In this document: one piece after another, positions 19,458 through 38,957 of the stretch | How the letters are laid out: every line of letters begins with the position of its first letter | Position numbering within the stretch: the first letter of the stretch is position 1 | NCBI RefSeq assembly: GCF_009914755.1 | Contig: NC_060932.1 | Length of the DNA: 64,000 nt | Source: the human T2T-CHM13v2.0 reference genome, Homo sapiens | Reading direction: 5' to 3' (one strand) | Program-made: the position numbers and the translations under genes | Notes under the pieces: generated by a model | Told to the model about the DNA's origin: nothing | What the model saw: the letters and a program-made list of their open reading frames with translations, nothing else | Databases searched by the model: none

Positions 19458-20750
19458 TACCTTACATCTACAACCATCTGATCTTTGACAAGCCTGGTAA
19501 AAACAAGAAATGGGGAAAGGATTCCCTGTTTAATAAGTGGTGCTGGAAAAACTGGCTATCCATATGTAGAAAGCTGAAACTGGATCCCTTCTTTACACCT
19601 TATACTAAAATTACTTCAAGATGGATTAAAGACTTACATGTTAAATCTGAAACTTTAAAAACCCCAGAAGAAAACCTAGGCAATACCATTCAGGACATAG
19701 GCATGGATAAGGACTTCATGTTTAAACACCAAAGGCAATGGCAACAAAAACCAAAATTGACAAATGGGATCTAATTAAACTAAAGAGCTTCTGCACAGCA
19801 AAAGAAACTACCATGAGACTTAACAGGCAACCTACAGAATGGGAGAAAATTTTTGCAATCCACTCTTTTGACAAAGGGCTAATATTCAGAATCTACAAAG
19901 AACTCAAACAAATTTACAAGAAAAAAACAACCCCATCAACAAATGGGCAAAGGATATGAACAGACACTTCTCAAAAGAAGACATTTATGCAGCCCACAAA
20001 CTCATGAAAAAATGCTCATCATCACTGGCCATCAGAGAAATGCAAATCAAAAGCATAATGTGATACCACCTCACACCAGTTAGAATGGTGATCATTAAAA
20101 AGTCAGGAAACAACAGGTGCTGGAGAGGATGTGGAGAAATAGGAACACTTTTACACTGTTGGGAGTGTAAACTAGTTCAACCATTGTGAAAGACAGTGTG
20201 GCAATTCCTCAAGGATCTAGAACTAGAAATACCATTGGACCCAGCCATCCCATTACTGGGTATATACCCAAAGGATTATAAATCATGCTGCTATAAAGAC
20301 ACATGCACACGTATGTTTATTGTAGCTCTATTCAGAATAGCAAAGACTTGGAACCAACCCAAATGTCCATCAATGATAGACTGGATTAAGAAAATGTGGC
20401 ACATATGCGCCATGGAATACTATGCAACCATTAAAAATGATGAGTTGATGTCCTTTGTAGGGACATGGATGAAGCTGGAAACCCTCATTCTCAGCAAACT
20501 ATCGCAAGGACAAAAAAACAGACACCGCATGTTCTCACTCATAGGTGGGAATTGAACAATGAGAACAGTTGGACACAGGAAGGGGAACATCATACACTGG
20601 GGCGTTTTGTGGAGTGGGGGGAGGGGGGATAGCATTAGGAGATATACTTAATGTAAGTGATGAGTTAATGTGTGCAGCACACCAACATGGCACATGTATA
20701 CATACATAACAAACGTGCACGTTGTGCACATGTGCCCTAGAACTTAAAAA
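19458..20750 (+). mobile_element. 5'-truncated L1PA (3' 1.3 kb) nested in opposite orientation in the host L1 ORF1
   Basis: ORF2 C-terminal peptides on + (19451-20555); TSD aa(g/a)aatgttga at 19447-19457 and ~20749-20759; host sequence resumes with atattggcccc. Confidence 0.93.
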
Positions 20751-22084
20751 AAATGTTGAATATTGGCCCCCACTCTCTTCTGGCTTGTAGAGTCTCCCAA
20801 GAGATCTGCTGTTAGTCTGATGGGCTTCCCTTTGTGGGTAACCTGACCTTTCTCTCTGGTTGCCCTTAACATTTTTTCCTTCATTTTAACCTTGGTGAAT
20901 TTCACAATTATGTGTCTTGGGGTTGCTCTTCTTGAGGAGTAGCTTTGTGGTGTTCTCTGTATTTCCCAAATTTTAAGGTTGGCCTGCCTTGCTAGGTTGG
21001 GGAAGTTCCCCTGGATAATGTCCTGAAGAGTATTTTCCTAGTTGGTTCCATCCTTCCTTGTCACTTTCAGGTACACCAATCAAACGTAGATTTGTTCTTT
21101 TCACATAGTCCCATATTTCTTGGAGGCTTTGTTCATTTCTTTTTACTCTTTTTTCTCTAAACTTGTCTTCGTTCTTTATTTCATTAATTTGATCTTCAAT
21201 CACTGATACCCTTTCTTCCACTTTAGCAAATCAGCTATTGAAGCTTGTGCTTTCATCATGTAGTTCTCATGCCATGGTTTTCAGCTCCATCAGGTCATTT
21301 AAGGTCTTTTCTACATTGTTTATTCTAGTTAGCCATTCATCTAATCTTTTTTCAAGGTTCCTTGCAATGGGTTCGAACATCTTCTTTTAGCTTGGAGGTT
21401 TGTTATTACCGACCTTCTGAAGCCTACTTCTGTCAGCTCATCAAAGTCATTCTCCAGCCAGCTTTGTTCCGTTGCTGGTGAAGAGCTGCGATCCTTTGGA
21501 GGGAAGAGGGGCTCTGGTTTTTAGAATTTTCAGATTTTCTGCTCTGGTTTCTCCCCATCTTTGTAGTTTTATATACCTTTGGCCTTTGATGTCGGTGGCC
21601 AGAAATGGGGTTTTGGTGTGGATGTCCTTTTAGTTGATGTTGATGTTATTCCTTTCTGTTTGTTAGTTTTCCTTCTAACAGTCAGGTCCCTCAGCTGCAG
21701 GTCTGTTGGAGTTTGCTGGAGGTCCACTCCAGAGCTTGTTTGCCTGCATATCACCAGTGGAGGCTCAGTTGGAAATGCAGAAATCACCCATCTTCTGTGT
21801 CAATCATGCTGGGAGCTGCAGATGGGAGCTCTTCCTATTTGGCCATCTTGGAACGTAATATTTTAGTTCTATAATTTTAAGAATATAATACCTTGGTCTG
21901 GCATGTTTAAATGCCATTTTGTATAATTTTTATAACCTTTAAAATATACAATTGTTACTTAAAATTTGAAAACTGCACCATTTATATAAAATTATAAACT
22001 ACTATTTCTTATCTATCACTAGTCCATGACTGTGGAAGAAAATTACATCATTCACTGTCATGACTCCTAAATATGATGTCCTTA

Positions 22085-23720
22085 AAAGAACTGTCTGCAC
22101 TCACAAACTGAAATTTTCTTTCCATTCATTCTTGATCTTATTTCAGTAGTCTTCAATTTCAGCACTCCTCCAAAGTTGTTTTTCTCAAGATTATCACAAC
22201 TTTTATTGTGTAATAAATCTAGGCATTTTTTCTTACATCTCATTTTATTTAATTTATCAGCAGTATTTGACCCAGTGGAGGATATCTCCTTCATAACAGC
22301 ATCTTCACTTGGTTTTCAAGACCTCACTCCCTCAGGCTTTTTCTCCTGCCTTCGTAGTCCATTCATCATGGTCTGTTTTTGTTGCTCCTCCTCATCTTTC
22401 ACCTTTTGCACATTGTTGTTTCCCAGGGCTCAGTCCCTAATCTTCTTTCTCATGACTTTTTTTTTTTTTGAGGTGGAGTCTCACTCTGTCACCCATGCTA
22501 GAGTGCAGTGGTGAAACCTCAGCTCATTGCAACCTGTCTTGTGGGTTCAAGCAATTCTGCTGCTTAAACCTCCTGAGTAGCTGGAATTACAGGCACCTGC
22601 CACCATGCCTGGCTAATTTTTGTCTTTTTAGTAGCAGCATGGTTTCTCCATGTTGGCCAGGCTGTTCTCAAACTCCGGATCTCAGATGATCTGCCCACCT
22701 CAGCCTCCCAAAGTGCTGGGATTAAGGTATGAGCCAGCACCCCAGCCCCTCATGACTTTTTCTAATGTGTATATGCTAGTGATTTCCAAATGTATGTCTC
22801 TAGCTCAGACCTCTCACCTTAATTCCAGATCTCTATATCAACCTGCCTACTTGACATCTCTTTTTGGTTGGCTATTGGGCATCACACACTTGCCAGATCC
22901 AAAATTGGGCTACTGGTGCCCTTCCTGAAATCGACACCTCATGCAATCTTTCCTAATTTGGTTAGTGGCCACTCTTCCAGTTGCTCTACCAAAAACCTTG
23001 GTGTCATTCTTGACTCATCTTTCTTTCTCTCTTATACCTCACATCCAATCTATCAGTAAATCTTGTCAGGTCTACTGGAAGAATATATCCAGAAGCCAGT
23101 CATATCTTTTATATCTGAGCCACCATCATCTGTAGTCTAGATGAGTGTCATAGACTGGTAATGGATAGTCCTGGTTTTTAAAAAATTTCCTTTAAATCTA
23201 TTCTTAACTCAGTGGTAAAACATAAGTCGAATTGTGTCATTCCTCTGCCCCAACCCTTCTGATTGCCTTCCATTTCACTCTGAGTATGTGACAAAATTCC
23301 TCCTAATAACTAAAAGGCAGTACACCATCTAGCATGTTTTCTCTCCTGCTTAAACTTCTATTACTTCTCTCCTTTGCTCTGCTTCAGCCACACTGAACTT
23401 CTCGCTATTCCTTATCTATCTCTCTTGCTGAACGACTCCAGGTACACCTCTATACTTGGCAGTTCCTTGTGTTCTTCAGTTCTTTACTTAAAAATCCCCT
23501 TTCTCAGCAGGGACCTTTCTGGCCATCCCAACTTTTCCACCACCCTTCCCCTCAAACACATAATCATTTCATTTTCCTGCTTTAGTTTTTCTCCTCTAAC
23601 ATACTGTATATTTTGCCTTATCTGTCTATTGTTGTGTGTTTATCTCATTCTCATGAATAGGATTTTTATTGTTCACTACCATATCCTCAGTGCCTAGAAA
23701 AAGGCCTAGCATATCGGATG
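22085..23720. mobile_element. L2 (LINE2) relics split by an Alu
   Basis: Degenerate L2 motifs (cttggtgtcattcttgactcatc, cacatccaatctatcagtaaatc, cagtgcctagaa). Confidence 0.65.
22457..22748 (-). mobile_element. AluS/J element
   Basis: Alu dimer flanked by TSD ctcatgacttttt. Confidence 0.9.
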
Positions 23721-24426
23721 TATCTACCTAACAAATACTCGTGGGTATATTACATTTGATTGATTCTCACTTAAAAAATGTTTGACAAGGTTCACTCTAA
23801 CAACTTAGCCTGGTAATTATATGCATAAATTCTTTTGGCTCTTTATAATAAGCTACATTCTTAATATTTTTTCATTTAGGGAGAAAATCCCAATATTGTG
23901 GTTATTCACCATTTATTATTTTACTGGTAATCATGATAATTTTAATTATGGTAAAATGCATCAGAGGAATTGCAAACTTTACTGGTATTTTATCTGAAAA
24001 ATATTAGGGTGGTAAATTTAATGGACTTACAAATTCTTTCCAACGGATTATGAAACTTCAGTATTTGAAATAAAAAAACAGAGTTGGAATTTTTTGCTTG
24101 CTGTATAAGAGGTGTACTGATCAGGCACTGTCTGCTCTGATGGAGCAGCTGCTGCTGCTTGGCTGTCTTTCAGAAGCAAGCTGCTCACATTGATATTGGT
24201 GGGCAAGCAAGGGCAGCGGTCATTGATCGATTGACTAGATTTAGAACTTGCCCTGGGTGGCTTCTTGTTATCATGGCTACAGGTCAGTTCTTTTCTAAGT
24301 TTGTGCTGTTTAAAGGTTGCCTTCCATTAACTATTTTCAAAATGAAACTATTTTATATTCCAGAATTGCATACTTAATTTTAAAGTTTTTTCAAGATGAA
24401 TTGGTTAATAATAGCTCTCAGGAAGA

Positions 24427-24428
<2 letters not shown>

Positions 24429-24468
<40 letters not shown>
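24429..24468. repeat. Poly(T) tract of ~40 nt
   Basis: Uninterrupted T run. Confidence 0.95.
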
Positions 24469-24471
<3 letters not shown>

Positions 24472-24906
24472 ACATAGTCTTGTCTTAACCAGAAGAGTTC
24501 TCTGTATAATTTATTTCTTAAAAATAATGGTTTTGTTTTTGTTTTCAGTGTTTTTAGAAGCTTTTGCTCAAGTCCTAACATAAACTCCAATGGGAGATTT
24601 TAATCTCTTTGTCAGTTCATGGATGTGTATGATAGTGATATTCTCTCTTTTTAAATTCCTTTTCTTGTTCACTTTCTTCTTTGTACAATAATAGTGATAT
24701 TCTTGTGCATGTTTACCTCATTAAAAAGTAATTACAATTTTCTGCTGGCAAATCCAGCTTTTTATATTTTGACTAAATAGGAGGCTAAAAGTGAAGAACA
24801 TTTACCAGATTGTTTTATTTTCAAACAAAATCATAACTAATCAAAAATTGCTATTTTTGAAATATAAATAATGACATTTAGATATTTTAAAAGTAAGGAT
24901 AGCCCC

Positions 24907-26147
24907 CGATGTAGGTTGGCTTTGTGTCCCCACCCAAATCTCATGTCAAATTGTGATTCCCAGGTGTTATGAGAAAGACCTGGTGGGAGGTGATTAGATC
25001 ATAGGGTTGGTTTCCCCCATGCTGTTCTCATGATAGTGAATGAGTTTTCACAAGAGCTGATGGTTTCTTAAAGGGCTCTATCCCCTTCACTTCTCTCTCT
25101 CCTGCCACCTTATGAAGAAGGTGTCTGCTTCCCCTTCACCTTACCATGATTGTAAGTTTTCTGAGGCCTCCCCAGCCATGTGTAACTGTGAATCAATTAA
25201 GCTTCTTTCCTTTATGAATTACCCCATCTCAGATATTTCTTTGTAGCAGTGTGAAAATGGACTAATACAGAGAATTGGTACCAGGGATAGTGGGGTATTG
25301 TTAAAAAGATAATGTGAAAAGGTGGAAGTGACTTTGGAACTGAGTAACAGAGGTTTTAACAGTTTGGAGGGCTCAAAAGAAGACAGGAAGATGTGGGAAA
25401 GTTTGGAACTTCCTACAGACTTGTTGAATAGTTTTTTTTACCAAAATGCTGATAGTGATATGGACAATGAAGTCCAGGCTGAGGTGATCTTAGGTGGAGA
25501 TAAGGAACTTGTTGGGGACTGGAACAAAGGTGACTCTTGATATGCTTTAGCAAAGAGACTGACAGCATTTTGCCCCTGCACTAGCAATCTGTAAAACTTT
25601 GAACTTGAGAGAGATGATTTAGGCTATCTGGTGGAAGAAATTTCTAAGCAGCAAGGCATTCAAGAGGTGACCTGGTTGATTCTGAAAGCATTCAGTTTTA
25701 TGCATTCACAAAGAGATGGTTTTAAGCTGGGGCTTATGTTTAAAAGGGAAGCAGAGCATAAATTTGGAAAATTTGTAGCCTGACCATTTGGTAGAAAAGA
25801 GAAACAACACATTTTCTATGGACGAATGCAAGTTGGCTGCAGAAATTTGCATAAATAACGAGGAGCGGAATGTTAATTGCCATGAAATGGAGAAAGTGTC
25901 TTTAGGGCATGACAGAGATCTTCGTGGCAGCCACTCGCATCACAGGCCCAGAGTCCTGGAAGGAAAAAATGGTTTCATAGGTTTGGGTCCAGGGCCCTGG
26001 TACTGTGTGCAGCCTCAGGACTTGCTGCCCTGCATTCAGCCACTACAGGTCCAACTGTGGCTAAAAGGGACCAAGGAGAAACTTAGCCTTTATGAATTAC
26101 CCAGTCTTCAGTATTTCTTTATAGCAGTGTGAAAATGGACTAATACA
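24907..26147 (+). mobile_element. THE1/MST-type MaLR: 5' LTR (24907-25269), partial internal sequence, 3' LTR remnant (~26086-26147)
   Basis: LTR motifs ctgtgtccccacccaaatctc and tagcagtgtgaaaatggactaataca (latter occurs twice); internal gtggaagtgactttggaactg. Confidence 0.88.
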
Positions 26148-26786
26148 CCCTCCCTCAAGACATTTTCCTGATTTCGTCTTTCATGTTTTATGTGCCACAG
26201 CTACTTTTGAAATTGTATTTAAAGGTAAACATTATTATATTGAATAATAGAAACAGAAATATAGCCCAAATCTAATTGTGATTTTCATGTTTAACAGTCA
26301 TTGCTCATATTCAGTGGACTCCAGCTTTTTAATATAGCATTCAAGTGTAGTGTAGATTCATCTCCTATTCTTAGCTTCCAAGTATTTTACACTTTTCCTT
26401 TCAAGTTCTTAGTAAGCATCTAGACTTCATGTGCTTAATCTTTGTGCTCACATTCTGTTCTCTAACTGGAAGGATTTTCTCTCACTGTTTTTCCCTAGTG
26501 GGCCCTTCTTATATTTTGCCTCTTCTCTAAAGCCTTCCTTGTGCTAAAATATAACTTTTTAATATATCAACTCTTACAGAACACAATGTATTATAATTGT
26601 ATATTACCTTGTTTTTGAAGCAGGGGATGCACATTTCCTTTTATGTTGTTTGTAGTTCTAAACATTTAAAAAATTAATCAGTGCAATGAGATGGAAAACA
26701 GTTGGAGTTTTACAAAAATTGTGGTTTTTTTGTTCATTGTCAATAGAGTTATTAGGAAACATTGGCTTTTTATAGAGTTTTTAAAG

Positions 26787-26948
26787 TAGAGCTTTTGCCT
26801 TGCATATGAAGAAAGAAACATGAAAATAAAAAACGGACCTCAAAATAATCTGTGATTACACCCATATTTGAGAAGGCCAATTTACTAACTCATGGTCTGC
26901 AACAAGTAAATGATGATAGCAGTTTAAGTGAAATAGATGGTAAAGAAG
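26787..26948 (+). pseudogene. Dead ANKRD26-type pseudo-exon
   Basis: Reads ALHMK, frameshift, then ENKKRTSK*SVITPIFEKANLLTHGLQQVNDDSSLSEIDGKE|gtaaaa. Resembles recalled ANKRD26 ALQMKEV...KRTSKESVNSPVFGKASLLTGGLLQVDDDSSLSEIDEDEG, which directly precedes the RPxKKxSNEKNK exon. Confidence 0.8.
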
Positions 26949-26984
26949 GTAAAATTTATAAGTCCTTTATAAGAAATATCTGGG

Positions 26985-27890
26985 AACACCCCCTCAAAAA
27001 GTGGGCAAAGGATATGTGCAGACACATCTCAAAAGAGGACATTTACGTGGCCAAGAAACATGAAGAAAAGCTCATCATCACTGATCATTAGAAAAATGCA
27101 CATCAAAGCCACAATGAGGTACCATCTCATGCCAGTTAGAATGGTGATCATTAAAAAGTCAGGAAACAACAGATGCTGGTGAGCCTGTGGAGAAACAGGA
27201 ACACTTTTACACTGTTGGTGGGAGTGTAAATTGGTTCAACCATTGTGGAAGACAGTGTGGTGATTCCTCAAGGATCTAGAACCAGAAATACCATTTGACC
27301 CAGCAATCCCATTAGTGGGTATATACCCAAAGGATTATAAATCATGCTACTATAAAGACACATGCACACGTAAGTTTATTGCGGTATTATTTACAATAGC
27401 AAAGACTTGTAACCAACCCAAATATCCATCAATGATAGACTGGATAAAAAAATGTGACAAATATAATCCATGGAATACTGTTCAGCCATAAAAAAGAATG
27501 AGTTCATGTCCTTTGCAGGGACATGGATGAAGTGAGAAACTATCATTCTCAGCAAACTAACATGGGAACAGAAAACCAAACACTGCATATTCTCACTCAC
27601 AAGTGGGAGTTGGACAATAAGAGCACATGGACATAGGGAGGGGAACATCACACACTGGGGCCTGCCTGGGGGTGAGGGAGCAAGGGGAGGGAGAGCATTA
27701 GGACAAATACCTAGTGCATGCAGGACTTAAAACCTAGATGACAGGTTGATAGGTGAAGCAAATGACCATGGCACATGTATACCTTTGTAACAAACCTGCA
27801 CGTTCTGCACATGTATCCCAGAACTTAAGGTTAAAAAAATTTTAAAGTCAAAAAAAAAAAAAAAAAAGAAAGAACAAAAAAGAAAGAAAA
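26985..27890 (+). mobile_element. 5'-truncated L1PA (L1PA7/8-like) 3' end with A tail
   Basis: ORF2 C-terminus, 3'UTR and A-rich tail at 27850-27895. Confidence 0.9.
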
Positions 27891-28958
27891 GAAAATAAAT
27901 CTCTAGGAAAGAACGTTAACACCAATTACTTTTCCTGGAACTAGAATAATATAGTCTCCTCAAGCTGGAAATACTCAACTGTATCAGTGCTGTTGAAAGA
28001 TTGATTATAATAAGGATTAGTGACTTTGACTAGGAGAAGTTTCAACAAATGATAGCCATGGAAATCTGTAGTGGATGAATGTAGACAACTCTTGAGAGAA
28101 AATTTGCTGGGAAAGGCAATATAGAAATGGGCAATAATTAAAAAAGAGTGTGGGATTTGAGGGAGTTTTCTCTCTTTGTGTTTCAAAACAGAAATTTTTA
28201 GAGTTTATTTTTTACTGTTGGGAATGATCCATAAGAGAAGAACATGGTTATGAAAGGTAATTTTGTTTGCTTGGTTGCATGTCTAAGCATTAGACAGCTT
28301 GATTCATTATCTTTTATGGATTTTTAGCAAACTAATTGCCCTTAGAACTTCTATTCATGTATAGTTTTATGATTAGAGTTGTTTTTTCAGAATTGGTTCA
28401 GAAGTGTAACATGTTAGTGTAACTGTACATGCCGATGATGACCTAAAACTTAAACTGTCATACACAGATTTTTAAAAAGAATTATAATAAACATTCACAC
28501 ACTTAGGCCATGCTGAATAGAATTTAAATGTTCCTTCATAATTGCACATCTTGCACTACCTTTGACAGTAGCATCATGAATAGCCATGATTTGCTTAGGT
28601 ACTTACTCTAAAATATCAGGTGTATCAACTTTATGATTGTTTAGATTCTGGGGAGTAGGGAAGGATTTTGTTCATGAAGTTGAGAAAAGCAAACTATTGA
28701 CAATCTATTGCAGATTATTACTTCAGGATTATAAACTCCTAAAGCATCAAAGCCATATTTTCCTGGGCCAGCAATGTTATCAGCATATATTGTATGCTCA
28801 ATGAGTATTTGTTGAATGCATGAATAAACAGTTGAAGAAATAAATGAATGACATTGATAAATTTCTTTTAAAAACTAATTTTTAGTTTTTTGAAAGTAGT
28901 AGGTTTCCAAACTTGCCTCTGTATAAAGTCTTTATTTTTTAAAAAAGTGCAGGATTCA

Positions 28959-29226
28959 TGTTCTCACTCATAGGTGGGAATTGAACAATGAGAACACATG
29001 GACACAGGAAGGGGAATATCACATACCAGGGACTGTTGTGGGGTGGGGGGAGGGGGGAGGGATAGCATTAGGAGATATACCTAATGCTAAATGATGAGTT
29101 AATGGGTGCAGCACACCAACATGGCACATGTATACATATGTAACAAACCTGCACGTTATGCACATGTACCCTAAACTTAAAGTATGTATATATAAAAAAA
29201 AGACACTGCAATTTTCAAAAGGTGAA
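28959..29226 (+). mobile_element. Short L1PA 3' end with extra 3' sequence
   Basis: 18-bp TSD aaaaaagtgcaggattca at 28941-28958 and 29227-29244. Confidence 0.93.
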
Positions 29227-29242
29227 AAAAAAGTGCAGGATT

Positions 29243-29318
29243 CAGAAATTATTAGTTATAGCCAAAAACAGAATGATAATCAGAAATTTTTAGTTATAGC
29301 CAAAAACAGAATGATAAT
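29243..29318. repeat. 38-bp tandem duplication
   Basis: cagaaatt(a/t)ttagttatagccaaaaacagaatgataat x2. Confidence 0.95.
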
Positions 29319-29399
29319 ATGGATTTGTCTGCTATCATATCTCTTAAAAACACTTGAATATAAATATTACCTTCACAGCATATTGCAAAACACATGTTT

Positions 29400-29605
29400 T
29401 GGAGGGAGAATTCTTGGATTTCAATGCTGTGTCAATTACTGACCAGCTCTATGGGCTGGGGAAATTTATATGGCCTTTCTGGGCCTAGTTTCTTTCTTTA
29501 TAGAAGCCCTAATATTACCTACCTCAAAGAATTGTTATGATGATTAAAATGAGCTTGACACATGCACAGTGCTTAGAATGATGCATAGTGTCTGCATAAT
29601 AAGTC
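29400..29605 (+). mobile_element. MIR relic
   Basis: Degenerate MIR core (acctacctcaaagaattgttatgatgattaaaatgag...gtgcttagaa). Confidence 0.65.
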
Positions 29606-30064
29606 CTGAAAAAGCTAATATTATCATTTAAAAAAGGGTTCCCCTCACATAAGAACATAAATAATGTTTTCCAAATAGGTTTCAGTGCCAGTAAAAGCTT
29701 GTTTTTATTGAAAAGGACAGCAATGAGAAGTCCTGGTATATGTCTTTCTATCACATAATATCAGTAACATGTTTTTCCTTTTGCCTTGACTGTCAGAAAG
29801 CTTGATCTAAATTCAATTCTTTGTAATGATATTATTATTATCATATTTTCTTTCTCCCTTAATGTTACTCTTTCTGTTTATAGTTTAATTCCCCATGTGG
29901 AAAATAGTTATATTTACATTACCTGTTAAAAAATGACCTGAACACTTAATGGATAGAATAAATAACTTATAAATGCCGAGATTTTATATAATAAAATAAT
30001 AGATTTGGACATTATTTGTATTTTATGTATTTGTTTGTCTAAGAAGAATTGTTTCTTTTTTCAG

Positions 30065-30095
30065 GCCTGAAAAGAAATCTAATGAAAAGAACAAG
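30065..30095 (+). CDS. POTEA: POTEA micro-exon ((R)PEKKSNEKNK)
   Basis: Acceptor ttttttcag, donor aag|gtattg; 31 nt, phase 2 start matches the 6786 donor. Confidence 0.88.
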
Positions 30096-30372
30096 GTATT
30101 GTAATAAGTAAATTATCTGAAACATTATTGTTAAAAAAACACATTATAAAAGGTAAAGTGAGAACCTTTTTTAATAAAGACAATTAGTTAGAATAAAAGG
30201 GCTTAATAACAAGTACCCATTGATAACGGTACCCTTTTAAGAAAAATCTGTTGTTTTAAGAAGCACCTGTGGTTTTGCTCATATAAAAATATGAATAAAT
30301 ACCACTTCTGTACAACTGGTATATTCTATGAATATTTTGAGGACATTTGAGGCAGTATTATTTATCTTACAG

Positions 30373-30514
30373 GTCAAAAGCCAAATACATTCAGTGGATA
30401 ACCTTGATGACATAACATGGCCATCAGAAATAGCGTCAGAGGATTATGATTTGCTTTTCTCTAATTATGAGACTTTTACATTGCTCATTGAACAACTCAA
30501 AATGGATTTTAACG
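30373..30514 (+). CDS. POTEA: POTEA coding exon (VKSQIHSVDNLDD...EQLKMDFN)
   Basis: Acceptor cttacag, donor acg|gtagga; 142 nt, ends phase 1. Confidence 0.92.
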
Positions 30515-31019
30515 GTAGGACCATTGCATAAGTAGAAGGCCTTTTAATGTATCCCACAGTAATATTCACACACATTGCTTAGTATTGCACCACAGAGCAC
30601 TGACGTGTGATAGGGATGATCATCTCAGAAACGTGTTTGACATTAAAATAGACTGAGAAATAATGTATATTGTATACCAAAGAGCTACGATAACTCCACT
30701 GTACCTTTCTCAGTGTGAAGGGCAGTCTCAGCCTTTTTATTGACTCTGCTTCTCCCAGATCGGGTTACCATTCTCTCCCACTCAGAATACTGCAGTAACC
30801 TTAGAACTATTTTTCCTGCTACCCCACTTCCTGAGACCATGGTCTACTCTGAAACTATAATTATTAATTTAAAAAAATTCAGATCTGATGTTGTCTCTTC
30901 CTTGTAACTCAGCATACCACTTGCCATTGCTATTAGGTTAAGATCTGAATATTCTAGCTCTCTCTTGCATCATTTAATACCCTTTTTTCCCTGCCCTAGC
31001 CATTGTCTTAGATGTTTAT

Positions 31020-32040
31020 TCCTGCAATTTATAGCTTTAGTGAGGTATAACTGATATATGATAGGCTGAATGTACGTAAAATATACGATTTGATAAGTTT
31101 TGGCATACGTATGCACATGTGAAACCATCACCATAATCAAGAGCAGTAACATGCCCATCATCCATAAAAATCTCTTCCTGTCCGTTTGTATTCTCCTTAT
31201 TAAGAAACTACTAAATGTTTAAGTATTTATACTGTATTCCATTCCCATCAGCAGTATATGACAATTCTCATTGTGCAATGTCATCATGAGCTCTTAGTAT
31301 TGCTGTTTATTAGTTTTTACTGTTAGCCATTCCAATGGGTGCATATTGTGCGTGTCACTGTGGTGTGAATATGCATTGACCTAAGGACTAAGAATGTTGA
31401 ACATCTTCCCGTGTGCTGATTTGCCACCTGTATATCTTCTTTAGTGAACTGTCTTTTCCAATCTGGATAGCTTATAAAGATTTAAAAATTAGATAGTTTT
31501 TATTCTTATTTGCTGAGTTTTAAGAGTTTTTTAAAATAAATTCTGGATATCATTCCATTATTATGCTTTTTCAGAAAGATTTTTTCCCAGTTTGTAGCTT
31601 GACTTTTTGTTTTCTTAATAATATATTTTAAAGAGCTGAAGTTTTTCGTTTTGATGAAATGTGATATATCTGTTCGTTTAATTACAGACTTTGCTTTTTG
31701 TCTCATGCCTAAAAAAAGTCTTTGTCCAGCACAGGGTCCCAGAGATTTTTCTCCTCTGCTTTCTTGAAGAATTTTTATAGTTTTAGGTTTTATATTTAGA
31801 TCTGTGATCCACATTGTGTACATTTTTGCATATGAGTGAGGTGTGATGTAAGTTCATTGTATGGATGTGGATATCTATCTGTTCCAGCAGCATATGTTGA
31901 AAATGCTGTCTTTTCTCCATACATTGCTATTGTCCCTTTGTGAAAAGTAAGCTGGCATATGTGTGTGTGTCTATTTCTGGACCATTTGTTGTATTTCATC
32001 AATCTGCGTATTCTTCTAGAGTTATACTGATGAACCAATC
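31020..32040 (-). mobile_element. Ancient L1M 3' region
   Basis: Degenerate ORF2-like peptide (WITDLNIKPKTIKILQE...ATNWEKIF) on the minus strand. Confidence 0.75.
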
Positions 32041-32147
32041 ATAATTTGAAAATCAATTTAATACCCCAATAAACCCATTGTACAGTTGAAAAATTCTAAG
32101 TAGAACCATCTTAAACTGGAGACTATCTCTATCTGGCTTTCTTCATG

Positions 32148-32460
32148 TAGGTCTAGCATCCCTAATCCAAAATCCAAAATCAGAAATGCTGCAAAATCCA
32201 AAACTTTTTGAGTGCCAAAATGATGCCACAAGTAGAAAATTTCAAACTAGACATCAGGTACACAAACTTTCATCTGCAAATTTACTAAAAGTGTTCCATA
32301 AAATTACCTTTAAGCCCTGCATATAAGGTGCATGTAACATAAGTGTATTTTGTGTTTAGAGTTCGATTCCATTTTTGAGATATCTCATTATATATGTGCA
32401 AATATTCCAAAACCCAAAACACTTTTGGTACCATGCACTTGTAGAGATATTCCACCCATA
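32148..32460. mobile_element. Tigger4/MER46-like DNA transposon relic
   Basis: agcatccctaatccaaaatccaaaatcagaaatgctgcaaaatcc start; aatattccaaaacccaaaacactt near the end. Confidence 0.65.
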
Positions 32461-32599
32461 TCACACTGTTTCATTACTGTAAATTTATACTAAATCTTGA
32501 CACCAGCCCTTCAGTTTTCTTCTTTTTTAAGGGTTATTTTGATTATGTTGGATCTTTTGCATTTGCACTTGAGTTTTAGAATCAGATTGTTAATTTTTT

Positions 32600-38762
<6,163 letters not shown>

Positions 38763-38957
38763 CAGATAGTTAATTTTTTAAAAACCTGCTGTGCTGGAAA
38801 TTACACTGAGTTAGTGATGAATCTATACATTAATTGGGGGAAGATTTACATTTTAATGAGAATGCATTTTTTGACTCCTGTGAAATGGTTTCTATTTATA
38901 TAGGTCAAATTTAATTTTCTCAGTAATATTTTATAGATTTTAAAATATGGCTTTCCT

